Part shown: one piece after another, positions 37,373 through 46,322 of the stretch
Layout: each line of letters begins with the position of its first letter
Position numbering within the stretch: the first letter of the stretch is position 1
Assembly: GCA_965602015.1 (NCBI GenBank)
Contig: OZ271918.1
Span: 992,001 to 1,056,000 of the forward strand
Direction: 5' to 3'
Origin: Salinispira sp.
GTDB lineage: Bacteria; Spirochaetota; Spirochaetia; DSM-27196; Salinispiraceae
DNA: 64,000 bases
Notes under the pieces: model-generated
Databases searched by the model: none
What the model saw: only the letters and a program-made list of their open reading frames with translations
What the model was told of the DNA's origin: nothing
Position numbers and translations under genes: made by a program

Positions 37373-37993
37373 CTATTTCCGGCGGCGGACCTTTACATCG
37401 GCGCCGCCGAGCAGGGCTATTCCCTGAATCCGCACCGACGGCGCGCCGGGATGGTCGTTGTCATTCTGGACCCCTTTGGGTGAAGAGAATCCTCCAAGAA
37501 TGGCAAAGCCTCCGACAGAGTAGTTGACCCCTTCCGGTAGTATGATATCCACCCCGCCGAACACCGCCACCACATCGATGACTGTCTCTCCCGGCGGGAA
37601 AATGGCCTTTCGCAGGTCGAGTTTTACTCCGCCGAACACCGAAATGCAACTCACCTTCGGGGCCACCTTTATTCTGCCATTGGTGTCTACCCCTGAGAAA
37701 ATAGCGATTTTATCCATGCGCTGGGGATATGAACCGAAGTTTATCAGGTCGCCGGCCGTCGGTGAAACGTACTCGCCGGGAACCTCGTTCCTTACAGGCT
37801 CACGGTTGGCGACGGTGGGAAGGTTCATTTTCTGAGCCAGAAACGACAGTTCATCAATGCTGTTCGCCCCGTTGACGTCTTCGACGGCGCTTTCATACAC
37901 TTCCATGGAAATGCTGTCGCTGGAAAATCTTCCGGTCAGCTCCTCGATGAGCGTCGATTTCCTGTTTTCAAGTTCATATTCAGCCTGACTCAT
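37373..37993 (-). CDS. DUF1707 + LiaF-like (cell-wall antibiotic response) protein
   Basis: N-terminal short helical domain; repeated VFGGVxLDL/VFGGVDI beta units. Confidence 0.72.
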   Translation of the reverse strand: MSQAEYELENRKSTLIEELTGRFSSDSISMEVYESAVEDVNGANSIDELSFLAQKMNLPTVANREPVRNEVPGEYVSPTAGDLINFGSYPQRMDKIAIFSGVDTNGRIKVAPKVSCISVFGGVKLDLRKAIFPPGETVIDVVAVFGGVDIILPEGVNYSVGGFAILGGFSSPKGVQNDNDHPGAPSVRIQGIALLGGADVKVRRRK

Positions 37994-38080
37994 TCCTCAC
38001 ACCTCGCTACGAAGATAAAAAAGTATAGCATAGCCCTTCGAGCTGTATAACCCGCAAGCCGGGGAACACTGTTCCTAAAA

Positions 38081-39253
38081 TCAGTACACAAAGCGGACGC
38101 CGCTGCGTATGCTGTATCCGCCCAGGCCAAAATGGGGGAACACGTCGCCGGCTTCGCCGATCCGTCCAATCACATCCAGGTAGGCGGAAAAGCCCTGGAA
38201 GACCGCGAAACTGGCGCCGCCATAGACCAGTGCGGAGAGGTCGACGGGACTGATGATGCTGCGGACATAGCTCGTCACAATCTGGCCGAATCCAAGGCCG
38301 AGTTCCGCAAAAGCGAACAAGCCGTAATCCCGCTCCCCGGCCTCTTCGGCCATGACCCCCGAAGGTTTGAATAAGCCTTCGAAGCGGAGATTCATGCTGA
38401 CCTGCCTGCCGACATTGGGAAGTCCGTAGAATCCGCCGCTGAACAGCAGGCCGTCTATCAGCTCCGATCCCTCGGGAAGCCCTTCCGGGAAGGAACTGAG
38501 AGAAATACTGTCTTGCGGCAGGGCGAGGCTGGAGGAAACATGCCAGTTGATGCCCGCTCCTCCCTGAAGACTGAGATACGCGCTATGGTTTGCCCGATTA
38601 CCGGAATAAAAGTACCCGGTTTCCACGGCGGTGTCGAAGAGCTTATCAATTTCGAACCCGAGGCGCACACCGGCTCCGCTATCCTCAATATCCGGAAAGC
38701 TGGCGGGATCGGCGGGATTAAACACCGCCGCATCAATCATCGCCGGCATGACGACGGCTTCCAGGAAGGCGAAGCGGCCAAGGGGAAAATATACGGCGCT
38801 TAGCCAGCTGCTTTCGCTTCGGTACTCTTGTGCGCCCAGGTTGATGTTGAGATCGGAGGAGCCCATGAGCACATCCGCGGCATTAAATACCAGCCCCTCG
38901 CCCCAACTCAACCGCGTTTTGCCGATGGTAAATCTGAAATTTTCAAAACGGGAGCGCAGGTACGCCCTGTCGATGCTCAGGGCGTAGCTGTAGCCCAAAT
39001 CTGCGCTGATATCGAGATATGCCCTGACATTGCGATTACCCACCGAGTCAATGCGGATTTCCCCGAGCCCGGCTGGAAGCAGGGCGCTGTCAAAGTTTTC
39101 CGGATCGGGATTTATCAGCATGGTGTAATAAAGGTCGAGGACCACCGCCGTCCGGGTTTCTCCGCTGAGGACGGGGGCAAGCAGCAGTGTCATCAGAATG
39201 ACAAGCATAACTCTGCCCCAAAACCCGGAGGGTCCGAGGGAGCGCTTTACCAC
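38081..39253 (-). CDS. Hypothetical exported protein, probable outer-membrane beta-barrel
   Basis: Signal peptide; IDRAYL, IGKTRLSWGEG; alternating beta pattern; aromatic C-terminus GVRFVY. Confidence 0.65.
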   Translation of the reverse strand: MVKRSLGPSGFWGRVMLVILMTLLLAPVLSGETRTAVVLDLYYTMLINPDPENFDSALLPAGLGEIRIDSVGNRNVRAYLDISADLGYSYALSIDRAYLRSRFENFRFTIGKTRLSWGEGLVFNAADVLMGSSDLNINLGAQEYRSESSWLSAVYFPLGRFAFLEAVVMPAMIDAAVFNPADPASFPDIEDSGAGVRLGFEIDKLFDTAVETGYFYSGNRANHSAYLSLQGGAGINWHVSSSLALPQDSISLSSFPEGLPEGSELIDGLLFSGGFYGLPNVGRQVSMNLRFEGLFKPSGVMAEEAGERDYGLFAFAELGLGFGQIVTSYVRSIISPVDLSALVYGGASFAVFQGFSAYLDVIGRIGEAGDVFPHFGLGGYSIRSGVRFVY

Positions 39254-39993
39254 GTGAGATTCTCCCGGGAAAAGAAATCCATATCGATGTCGATATTGAC
39301 ATCTATTTCATCAATGATGAATTCCGTCGAGGAATTCCGTTTGAGCATGTCCTCTACCCTGATGTGCACGGGGAATACGTATCCGTCCTGATCATCAAAC
39401 TCCAGTACCCGCTCAACCTTCAGAAGCCGGTTGCTCAAGGAGTACATCTGACTCTGAATTCCGTTCCCGCTGGATTTATCAATCCATATTGTCTGCCTGG
39501 GGTAGGGTACCGACGTTCGCCGTGCGACCAGCTCGATGACCCAGCTGTCGTCTCCTGCGAGAATTTCACTTCGGAAGGCCGCCACGCTGTAATCGTCCAG
39601 CAGGGATTTTCCGCCGGTCATATCCTCATAACTGACGTCGGACCCGAGGATTCCGTCCCTCAGGGCCGATCCCGATAAGCGGATTTCCTCCTCGGCATCA
39701 GGGTAGTAAATGTACAGATCGTCTTCGCTCCGCAGGATTTTCTGTCCCAGTTCCTCGACGCTGGTGAACTCGATGAGGCTGTAATCGCTGCCGAGGCTCC
39801 AGCTATCGAAGGTGCTTACTTTCTCTCCGAATCTGTCATTGATTATCATTCGCCCCCGGAGGAAGGCGGAGGAAAATACTTCCCGGCCTTCCATCTCCCG
39901 GATTATGCCCTCAGCTTCGGGGAACTGGGCCCACACAGCGGCAGAGCCGATGATCAATATTGCTATAATCAGCACGGATATTCTGGTTTTCAT
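39247..39993 (-). CDS. LolA-like outer-membrane lipoprotein-sorting protein
   Basis: YIYYP, GSDVSYEDM, WIDK, LLK pattern; AAGGAG SD before the ATG at 39993. Confidence 0.82.
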   Translation of the reverse strand: MKTRISVLIIAILIIGSAAVWAQFPEAEGIIREMEGREVFSSAFLRGRMIINDRFGEKVSTFDSWSLGSDYSLIEFTSVEELGQKILRSEDDLYIYYPDAEEEIRLSGSALRDGILGSDVSYEDMTGGKSLLDDYSVAAFRSEILAGDDSWVIELVARRTSVPYPRQTIWIDKSSGNGIQSQMYSLSNRLLKVERVLEFDDQDGYVFPVHIRVEDMLKRNSSTEFIIDEIDVNIDIDMDFFSRENLTW

Positions 39994-40025
39994 GAATGCT
40001 CCTTGTATCAAATATATCGCAGAGC

Positions 40026-41249
40026 TCAGTAGCTCTTCATCGCTTCCACGGGTTTCACCGCGGATGCCCGTTTCGAGGGAATCATGCTGATCGCCGATGC
40101 GACAATTATGCCGCTCACGGTGGCGAAGATCACATTAAAAAGTGTCAGCTTGGGATAGACGACCCCGGACAGTTCGAAGTCCACGCCCTCCATTGCGGCT
40201 GACAGATCAATTCCCGTCCGTTCCAGCACGATTGTCAAGGCCGTACCCGCAAGCGCGCCGAAAATACTTCCGATTGCCGAGATGTACATGGACTCCAGCA
40301 GAAACATTTTGACGATGTCACGGCTGTCCATTCCCATGCTCGCCAGGGTGCCGATTTCCTTTGTGCGCTCGAATATGGTCATCATGATGGTATTGATGAT
40401 AACTGTGGATGCCAACACGTAGAATACCAGGCCGATTATGTAATATGCCGTCTGAGCTATGACCAGGAAAACATAGGATGAGGGGATGTCGTTCCACACT
40501 TCCGCCTCTACTGCCGCTTGGCCGCTTTGCTCGAGAATGCGGGTAACCGCATTCCTCGCGTCTCTGGCGCTGACCCCCGGGGCGGACTGAAGCACCAGAT
40601 CCACTGCCCGGTCACCGGTCCTCAGGAAACGTTGGGCGGTCTCCAGAGGCAGATAGAACTGGCCGTCGATGTCGTTAAGGGGAAAGTCGGCGATGCCGCT
40701 GACCGTAAATGTCATGCCGTTGCTGGCCCTCCGAAGGGTGGTGCTCACCGAGGTGAACTTCTCCCCGATTCCCAGCCCCAGATTCTCAGCCGCCCGTCGT
40801 CCCAGCAGGACCTGGGTGCTTCCCGCAGCGGGCAGCCTGCCTTCGCTGAGGAAGTCCGCCACGCCCATCATGTCGTTTTCAAAATCTATTCCCATGCCAA
40901 GAAGCGGGGTGGTTTCGCCGTCCTGAAAAACCCCGGTGGGGAAATAAATCCGTCCGCTGACATTGGTGAAATTGCCGCTCAGACGGATTTCGTCCATAAC
41001 CTGCGATGCGTTCTCGATGCTCAGGTGCAGGGGGTTCAAATGGGCGTTTTTATCATAATCGCTGTGGCGCACCCGAATTTCGCCCATGTAGAAGTGCTTC
41101 ATGTTGAAGGCCATGTCCTCGCTCATTCCCGCAAGGAGCGAAAAAAGCAGCACGATGGTCATAGCGGCAATACCGATGGCCGTGGCCGATAGTGCAGTTC
41201 GGCGGCCGTTGCGGCGGATGTTCCGCCAGGCCATTGTTCGAAGTTTCAT
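40026..41249 (-). CDS. LolE/MacB-like ABC permease
   Basis: AWRNIRRNGRRT, ERTKEIGTLASMG, PVEAM. Confidence 0.9.
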   Translation of the reverse strand: MKLRTMAWRNIRRNGRRTALSATAIGIAAMTIVLLFSLLAGMSEDMAFNMKHFYMGEIRVRHSDYDKNAHLNPLHLSIENASQVMDEIRLSGNFTNVSGRIYFPTGVFQDGETTPLLGMGIDFENDMMGVADFLSEGRLPAAGSTQVLLGRRAAENLGLGIGEKFTSVSTTLRRASNGMTFTVSGIADFPLNDIDGQFYLPLETAQRFLRTGDRAVDLVLQSAPGVSARDARNAVTRILEQSGQAAVEAEVWNDIPSSYVFLVIAQTAYYIIGLVFYVLASTVIINTIMMTIFERTKEIGTLASMGMDSRDIVKMFLLESMYISAIGSIFGALAGTALTIVLERTGIDLSAAMEGVDFELSGVVYPKLTLFNVIFATVSGIIVASAISMIPSKRASAVKPVEAMKSY

Positions 41250-41258
41250 TCCTTTCCC

Positions 41259-42518
41259 CTATGTGTCTGATCGAAGGCAGTCGGTAACCTTCATCTTTAA
41301 TGCCTGGCGGGTGGGTATAAGCGACACCGCCATCGCCATCACAACCGAGCTGACAAAGGCTAAAACGAAGGTATCGGCCTTCCATATCCCCCGAAAAACC
41401 GCGGAAATCCGGTAACCGATGTCCATTTGGCGAATTATCATGCCAAAATCGATACCCACATCGACAATAAACCAGGTCAGTAGTCCTCCCATGGCCAGTC
41501 CGATGACGCCGCCGATTACTCCGATGCCTCCGGCCTCCAGAGTGAAGGATGCGACGATTTCCCAGTTTTTCATTCCCATGGCCCGCATCATTCCCAGTTC
41601 ACGCCGCCGTTCGTACATTGCCATCAACATGGTGTTCGTTATGCCCACAAGGGCGATAAGCACAACCAGTGAAAGAACGATTTTCGATCCGCCCTGCTTG
41701 GAGGCCGCGAGAGCGAGATAGTCGGCGCCCAGGTCTTCCCAGCTCATCAGGCTGTGACCCGCCGCCAGGCCTCCCAGGGCGAGGCGAACCTCTGCTGCGT
41801 TCTCTTCGCTGCCCGCGGTGAGGGGAAACGCCGTATCTATCTGGCCGGCAGCGCCGTTCAGTTGAAGGTAGGTATCGGCAAAATCGTGATCAACCAGCAG
41901 GGTTGCCCGGTTTATCACCGGATTTCCGGTGTTTATCATTCCGATCACCTCCAGATCCAGGGTTTGAAACGCTCCGTCCCGGGTCCGGGTTACCACGGTC
42001 ACCGGATAGCCAAGCTCCGCACCGATATCCTCGGCTAACCAGGAGCCGAGAATCACCCCCGGTTCGCCGGAGATAAACCAGCGGCCGCCGTCTTCTATGG
42101 CATCAGCCATAGGGAATACCTCTGGGTCGCGGAGGGAATCAACGGCCATGAGGCGAACCTGCATCGAGCCATCTTCGGGGAAGGGGTCCTGATACACTAT
42201 GAGCTCGCCGGTAAACGCCGTGCGTTTGGCTGCAGAGATGTTCGCGTCTTCCAGGGCGGCCACCAGACTGTCGGGTTCCTCTATGAGGTTTTTGAGGTTA
42301 ATTCTTTTCCAGTCCTCGGCTTTCTCTTCATCGTATACCCGCACCGATCCGGTTTCATACCAGATCAGATTTCGCTCGGAATCCCTCTCGGCTCCGGCCA
42401 GCATGCTATCCACGAAAATAAACAGACCCAGGCCGAAGGCGATGGCCGAGGCGGTGATTACCGTTCGCTTTCCGTGACGGGCGAGATTTTTCCACGAAAG
42501 AATCAGAAGATATTTCAT
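41259..42518 (-). CDS. LolC/MacB-like ABC permease
   Basis: WKNLARHGKRT, ERRRELGMMRAMG. Confidence 0.9.
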   Translation of the reverse strand: MKYLLILSWKNLARHGKRTVITASAIAFGLGLFIFVDSMLAGAERDSERNLIWYETGSVRVYDEEKAEDWKRINLKNLIEEPDSLVAALEDANISAAKRTAFTGELIVYQDPFPEDGSMQVRLMAVDSLRDPEVFPMADAIEDGGRWFISGEPGVILGSWLAEDIGAELGYPVTVVTRTRDGAFQTLDLEVIGMINTGNPVINRATLLVDHDFADTYLQLNGAAGQIDTAFPLTAGSEENAAEVRLALGGLAAGHSLMSWEDLGADYLALAASKQGGSKIVLSLVVLIALVGITNTMLMAMYERRRELGMMRAMGMKNWEIVASFTLEAGGIGVIGGVIGLAMGGLLTWFIVDVGIDFGMIIRQMDIGYRISAVFRGIWKADTFVLAFVSSVVMAMAVSLIPTRQALKMKVTDCLRSDT

Positions 42519-42523
42519 GGTTT

Positions 42524-43201
42524 CTACCTCTTTTTATCGCTCTGAATTTCGCCGTCATGGAGCATTACCAGGCGGTCGGCGAATTCCATGACCATTCTAT
42601 CGTGGGTGCTGAAGATAAAGGTGGTGTCGAATTTCTCATCCATTTTTTTCATGAGATCGAGAATATCCTTGCCGGTTTCCGAATCCAGATTCGCCGTCGG
42701 TTCGTCGGCCAGTACTATGGACGGCTCCTTTATGAGGGCCCGGGCGATGGCGACCCGCTGCTGCTGGCCTCCGGAGAGTTTGCTCGGCCGGCGGTTTTCC
42801 ATTCCCGAGAGCCCCACATCCGACAGCAGGGCCATAACCCGTTCTTTTATTTCTTTCTCCGGAACCTGGAGTAAATTCAGCGCCAGAGCGACGTTCTCAT
42901 AGGCGCTGAGAACCGGTATCAGGTTAAAAGACTGAAATACGAATCCCAGCTTGTCCCGCCGGAAGCCCGCGAGCTTACCGTGGGCGATGGCCGTCACTTC
43001 AGTGCCGTCAATGGTAACGCTGCCCTTGTCGGCGGTGTCGATGCAGCCGATGATGTTCAGCAACGTGGTCTTTCCCGAGCCGCTGGGGCCGGCTATCGAC
43101 AGGAACTCTCCCTGTTCGATATCGAGACTCACGCCTTTCAGGGCTTTTACCTCGGTTTCTCCGGTTTGGTAGGTGCGGTGAACGTCTTTAATTGAAATCA
43201 T
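42524..43201 (-). CDS. LolD-like ABC ATP-binding protein
   Basis: GPSGSGKT, LSGGQQQRVAIARAL, LADEPTANLD, STHD; true start at the ATG at 43201 with a GGAGGA SD. Confidence 0.92.
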   Translation of the reverse strand: MISIKDVHRTYQTGETEVKALKGVSLDIEQGEFLSIAGPSGSGKTTLLNIIGCIDTADKGSVTIDGTEVTAIAHGKLAGFRRDKLGFVFQSFNLIPVLSAYENVALALNLLQVPEKEIKERVMALLSDVGLSGMENRRPSKLSGGQQQRVAIARALIKEPSIVLADEPTANLDSETGKDILDLMKKMDEKFDTTFIFSTHDRMVMEFADRLVMLHDGEIQSDKKR

Positions 43202-43288
43202 GTAATCCTCCTGGGTAAAACTCGAATTCTCTGCCGACACGGCTCCGGCTTGCCTGCCCGCGAGCTGCATTCCGGCTGTGGCTGGTCG

Positions 43289-43321
43289 GCGGACCCGCCT
43301 GCCGGCAGGTTGCGGGTCCGC
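43289..43321. repeat. Intergenic GC-rich stem-loop
   Basis: gcggacccgc...gcgggtccgc perfect 10-bp inverted repeat enclosing the palindrome ctgccggcag. Confidence 0.7.
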
Positions 43322-43361
43322 TATTGCTGCCCGCTCGGACCTTGCCGGCTTTGCAATAAGC

Positions 43362-44600
43362 CTAGGTATTTTTTCCGGCGCCATCGCTGCCGGTCGCCGG
43401 TTTCTCCGGATTGGCGGCAGTGCTTTCCGCTGCGGGTTTGGGGGCCGATTGGGCCGGCCGCGAATCCTCCGGGCCTCTTGCAGCGGCGCTGTTCCTCCGA
43501 TGGCCTTCGGCAAGACTGCTGACTCCCATCACCGAACCGAGATTCATGTTCTCCAGGGCGCCCGAGGGCAGCAGAACCAGGCTGCCGTTGTTTTTTATGC
43601 CGTCGTAGACCATGTTCATCGCCCGAAGATTAAGAGCCTCGGGGCTTCCCCGGTACACTTCGGCGGCCATCGTAAAGTGATCGGCCACCTCCCTCTCGGC
43701 CTTTGCCAGGAATAGCCTGGCCTCCTTCTCTCGTTCAGCCTGGGCTTGTTTGGACATGACGTCTTCAAGCTCGGGGGGCAGGACGATGTCGGTAAATTCC
43801 ACGCTTAAGATGGTGATTCCCCAGGGGTTGGTCTTGGCATCCAGTATGGTCTGGATTTCCTTGTACAGTGTTTCCCGTTCGGACAGCAGGGTGGTGAGGC
43901 TGTATTTCCCGATGCTGTCCCGCAGAGCCGTCTGGGCCGAAAGGGTGACCGCCTCCAGAAAGTTTTCCACCTCAAGGATGGCCTTTCTTGCATCCCATAT
44001 CATCCAGAACGCCAGAGCATCCACGTGAACCGGCACGGTATCCCGGGTAAGGATTTTCTCCGCGGAGAAGTCGGTTACCCGGATGCGGGTATCCACGAAC
44101 GCCGCGCATTTATCCAACAGGGGCACCAGGAAAAAGGGTCCCGGGTCGTGAACGGTTTTGAACCGGCCGAGGCGGAGAACAACCACCTTGTCCCATTGCC
44201 ATACGACTTGAAGCGAGGGTCCGAACACCAGCCCCATAAATGCCCCCGCAATGGGTATCAGTTCGGCGCTGCCTGGTAGCCAGCTGAGCATTTCTCCGGC
44301 GCTTCCCGGCAGTTCGATAAAAAGCGCCAGCTGGGCAATGAGCATTGCGGGAATAAATGCGGACCAGCGCGGGAGCACCAGGTATACCAGGGCTCCGAAC
44401 ACCAGCGCGATGGCGCTCCGGGCGACAATTCCGGTGGACAGGGCATCGCCGGCGACCAATGCATAGCCCGCGGTAAAAACCGCCCCAATCAAAATCATAA
44501 AGAGGAAGGAGTAAATGCTGAACTCAAAATCCCTGGTGAGACGCTTCGTGTGGGGATTTTTTATCCGGCTGAATTTGTTTTTGGCGAAAGCAACCATCAT
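43362..44600 (-). CDS. SPFH/stomatin-like (slipin) protein with extra N-terminal TM helices
   Basis: VVLRLGRF, LTRDTVPVHVDA, AQTALRDSIG, WGITILSVE, QAQAEREKEAR. Confidence 0.9.
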   Translation of the reverse strand: MMVAFAKNKFSRIKNPHTKRLTRDFEFSIYSFLFMILIGAVFTAGYALVAGDALSTGIVARSAIALVFGALVYLVLPRWSAFIPAMLIAQLALFIELPGSAGEMLSWLPGSAELIPIAGAFMGLVFGPSLQVVWQWDKVVVLRLGRFKTVHDPGPFFLVPLLDKCAAFVDTRIRVTDFSAEKILTRDTVPVHVDALAFWMIWDARKAILEVENFLEAVTLSAQTALRDSIGKYSLTTLLSERETLYKEIQTILDAKTNPWGITILSVEFTDIVLPPELEDVMSKQAQAEREKEARLFLAKAEREVADHFTMAAEVYRGSPEALNLRAMNMVYDGIKNNGSLVLLPSGALENMNLGSVMGVSSLAEGHRRNSAAARGPEDSRPAQSAPKPAAESTAANPEKPATGSDGAGKNT

Positions 44601-44612
44601 GACCTCCTGATG

Positions 44613-45008
44613 CTAAGAATCCGCCCGTCGGATCGCATCGATTAATTCTTCGGTGTCAAAGCCGTACGACCTGGCCTTGCTTAAAAAGCCCAATATCATT
44701 TCATCGAGAACCTGCTCGCGCTCGACGTCGCTGAGTTGAATTTCCTTGTCGCTGATGAAGGTGCCGGTGCCCTGTTGAGTGGTGACTATCCCCCGAATTT
44801 CCAGCTCGTTGTAGGCCCTGGCGACGGTGTTCGGGTTGATTTGCAGGTCTACCGCCAGTGAGCGCACCGTCGGCAGCTGGTTTCCCGTAATAAGTCTTCC
44901 ATCCGCAATGGCCATTTCCACCTGAAGAATGATCTGTTTGTAGTAGGGGACGCCGCTTTTGGGGTCCAAACTAAAGGGGATGTCGATCTTGCGCTTCGCC
45001 TCGGCCAT
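44613..45008 (-). CDS. GntR-family regulator, YtrA subfamily
   Basis: PYYKQI, LPTVRSLAVDLQINPNTVARAY, GTGTFI; short helical C-terminus. Confidence 0.92.
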   Translation of the reverse strand: MAEAKRKIDIPFSLDPKSGVPYYKQIILQVEMAIADGRLITGNQLPTVRSLAVDLQINPNTVARAYNELEIRGIVTTQQGTGTFISDKEIQLSDVEREQVLDEMILGFLSKARSYGFDTEELIDAIRRADS

Positions 45009-45055
45009 AGGCTTCTCCTCAGTTGCCGCCTTCTTACAGGCATGTACTGATGTTC

Positions 45056-45081
45056 TATTGTACTAAAGTTATAGTACAATA
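45056..45081. promoter_or_regulatory. Putative GntR/YtrA operator palindrome
   Basis: tattgtacta-aagtta-tagtacaata, perfect 10-bp arms, 48-73 nt upstream of the regulator; extra tgtact half-site at 45043. Confidence 0.75.
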
Positions 45082-45134
45082 TAGATATAGCCCGGCCTGG
45101 TGTAATTGTCAAGAGATTGATAAAAAATGCGGAT

Positions 45135-46310
45135 TTATGTCAGCAGGTCATCCCAGAGCAGTCCCTCGCCGGTGGGAATGTCTCTTAGCGCCCGCCTGCC
45201 GAGGATGAGGGATAGATGCCGGGGGTGAAGTCCCGGCCTGAGGTTTTTTTCGCTGCGAACCACGCAGATCATATCTTTGCTAATCGGGGATCCCGCAGGG
45301 ATGAAGTTCAACGCATGGATGCTCCGATTGCTGCGTCCGTAATTGGCGGCCTCGGATGGAGCCAGGGTCTTAACCCCGCTGCCCAAAATCGCGTTAATTC
45401 TTGCTTCAGGGTACGATGAAAGGTCGCTGTGCCGGGAAATTCCCCTGCGCAGTTCTGATTCCCGAGGGCCCCGGGCGTTATTTATTTCGGACCCGTGTCC
45501 GGCTTCCGTACGGAGGGATTCGGCTTGCCGAATAGCCGCGCTCATTCGGGCGAAATCACCGGTGTCCAGGGCAATGGGGTCATCAAGGCCCCCATCCTCC
45601 CTGGAAATGGTGAAGTGTTTCTCAACCATTACGGCTCCGGCAAGCACAGCCAGGGCGGGAACCAGGACCGGGTCAAGACTGTGATCCGATAATCCGCTGG
45701 GCAGGCCAAAAATTGACGAGAGATTTCCAATGAGCCGGATGTTAAACTCCTCCTCGGGACTGGGGTAGGCCGTGATGCAATGGAGGAGGGTGATGTCCAG
45801 TGATTTTATCCCGCCAATAAGACCTAAGGTCTCTTCGATGTCGCCGAGGGTTGAAACACCGGTGGACAAAACCAGGGAGGTGATTTCCTCCCTTTCTGCC
45901 AGCCAGGTCAAAAGCGGATGGTGGTTTAACTCCGGGCTTGCGATTTTAAGCCGGGTTTCCCCCAGTGCGATGAGCTCGGATGCGCTGCGTATGCCGAAGG
46001 GAGAGCAGAAAAACCCAACCCCCCGCATCAGGCATTCATCCTTGCAGAACTCTATAAAGGATGGACCGGTCTCCAGCTCCCGAAACCGGGAGTACAAATC
46101 CAGTTCGCCTCCGGGCAGTTTGACGCCGCCGGTTTTGGGGTGGATGATTTCATCGGCGTAGAAGTGCTGAAACTTAACCAGATCGGCACCGGAGTCCGCA
46201 GCGGCGGCTATGAGCTCCCGGGCACGGTTGCGGTTTCCCCGGTGGCCCGTTCCGATTTCAGCGACAATTTCTACTGGTACCGCCGCAAGCGGGGGAACGG
46301 GGTGAGCCAC
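45135..46310 (-). CDS. N-acetylneuraminate synthase family (NeuB/PseI/SpsE-like) with SAF domain
   Basis: AEIGTGH, VKFQ, KIASPE, LSTG, LLHCITAYP, GLSDHS, EKHFT; C-terminal RPGLHP. Confidence 0.9.
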   Translation of the reverse strand: MAHPVPPLAAVPVEIVAEIGTGHRGNRNRARELIAAAADSGADLVKFQHFYADEIIHPKTGGVKLPGGELDLYSRFRELETGPSFIEFCKDECLMRGVGFFCSPFGIRSASELIALGETRLKIASPELNHHPLLTWLAEREEITSLVLSTGVSTLGDIEETLGLIGGIKSLDITLLHCITAYPSPEEEFNIRLIGNLSSIFGLPSGLSDHSLDPVLVPALAVLAGAVMVEKHFTISREDGGLDDPIALDTGDFARMSAAIRQAESLRTEAGHGSEINNARGPRESELRRGISRHSDLSSYPEARINAILGSGVKTLAPSEAANYGRSNRSIHALNFIPAGSPISKDMICVVRSEKNLRPGLHPRHLSLILGRRALRDIPTGEGLLWDDLLT

Positions 46311-46322
46311 CGGAGCCAGTCC

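Noticed and set aside
42524..43513. 329-aa version of the ABC ATPase
   Set aside because: The N-terminal ~100 aa overlaps the SPFH gene and a hairpin spacer; a strong SD supports the ATG at 43201.
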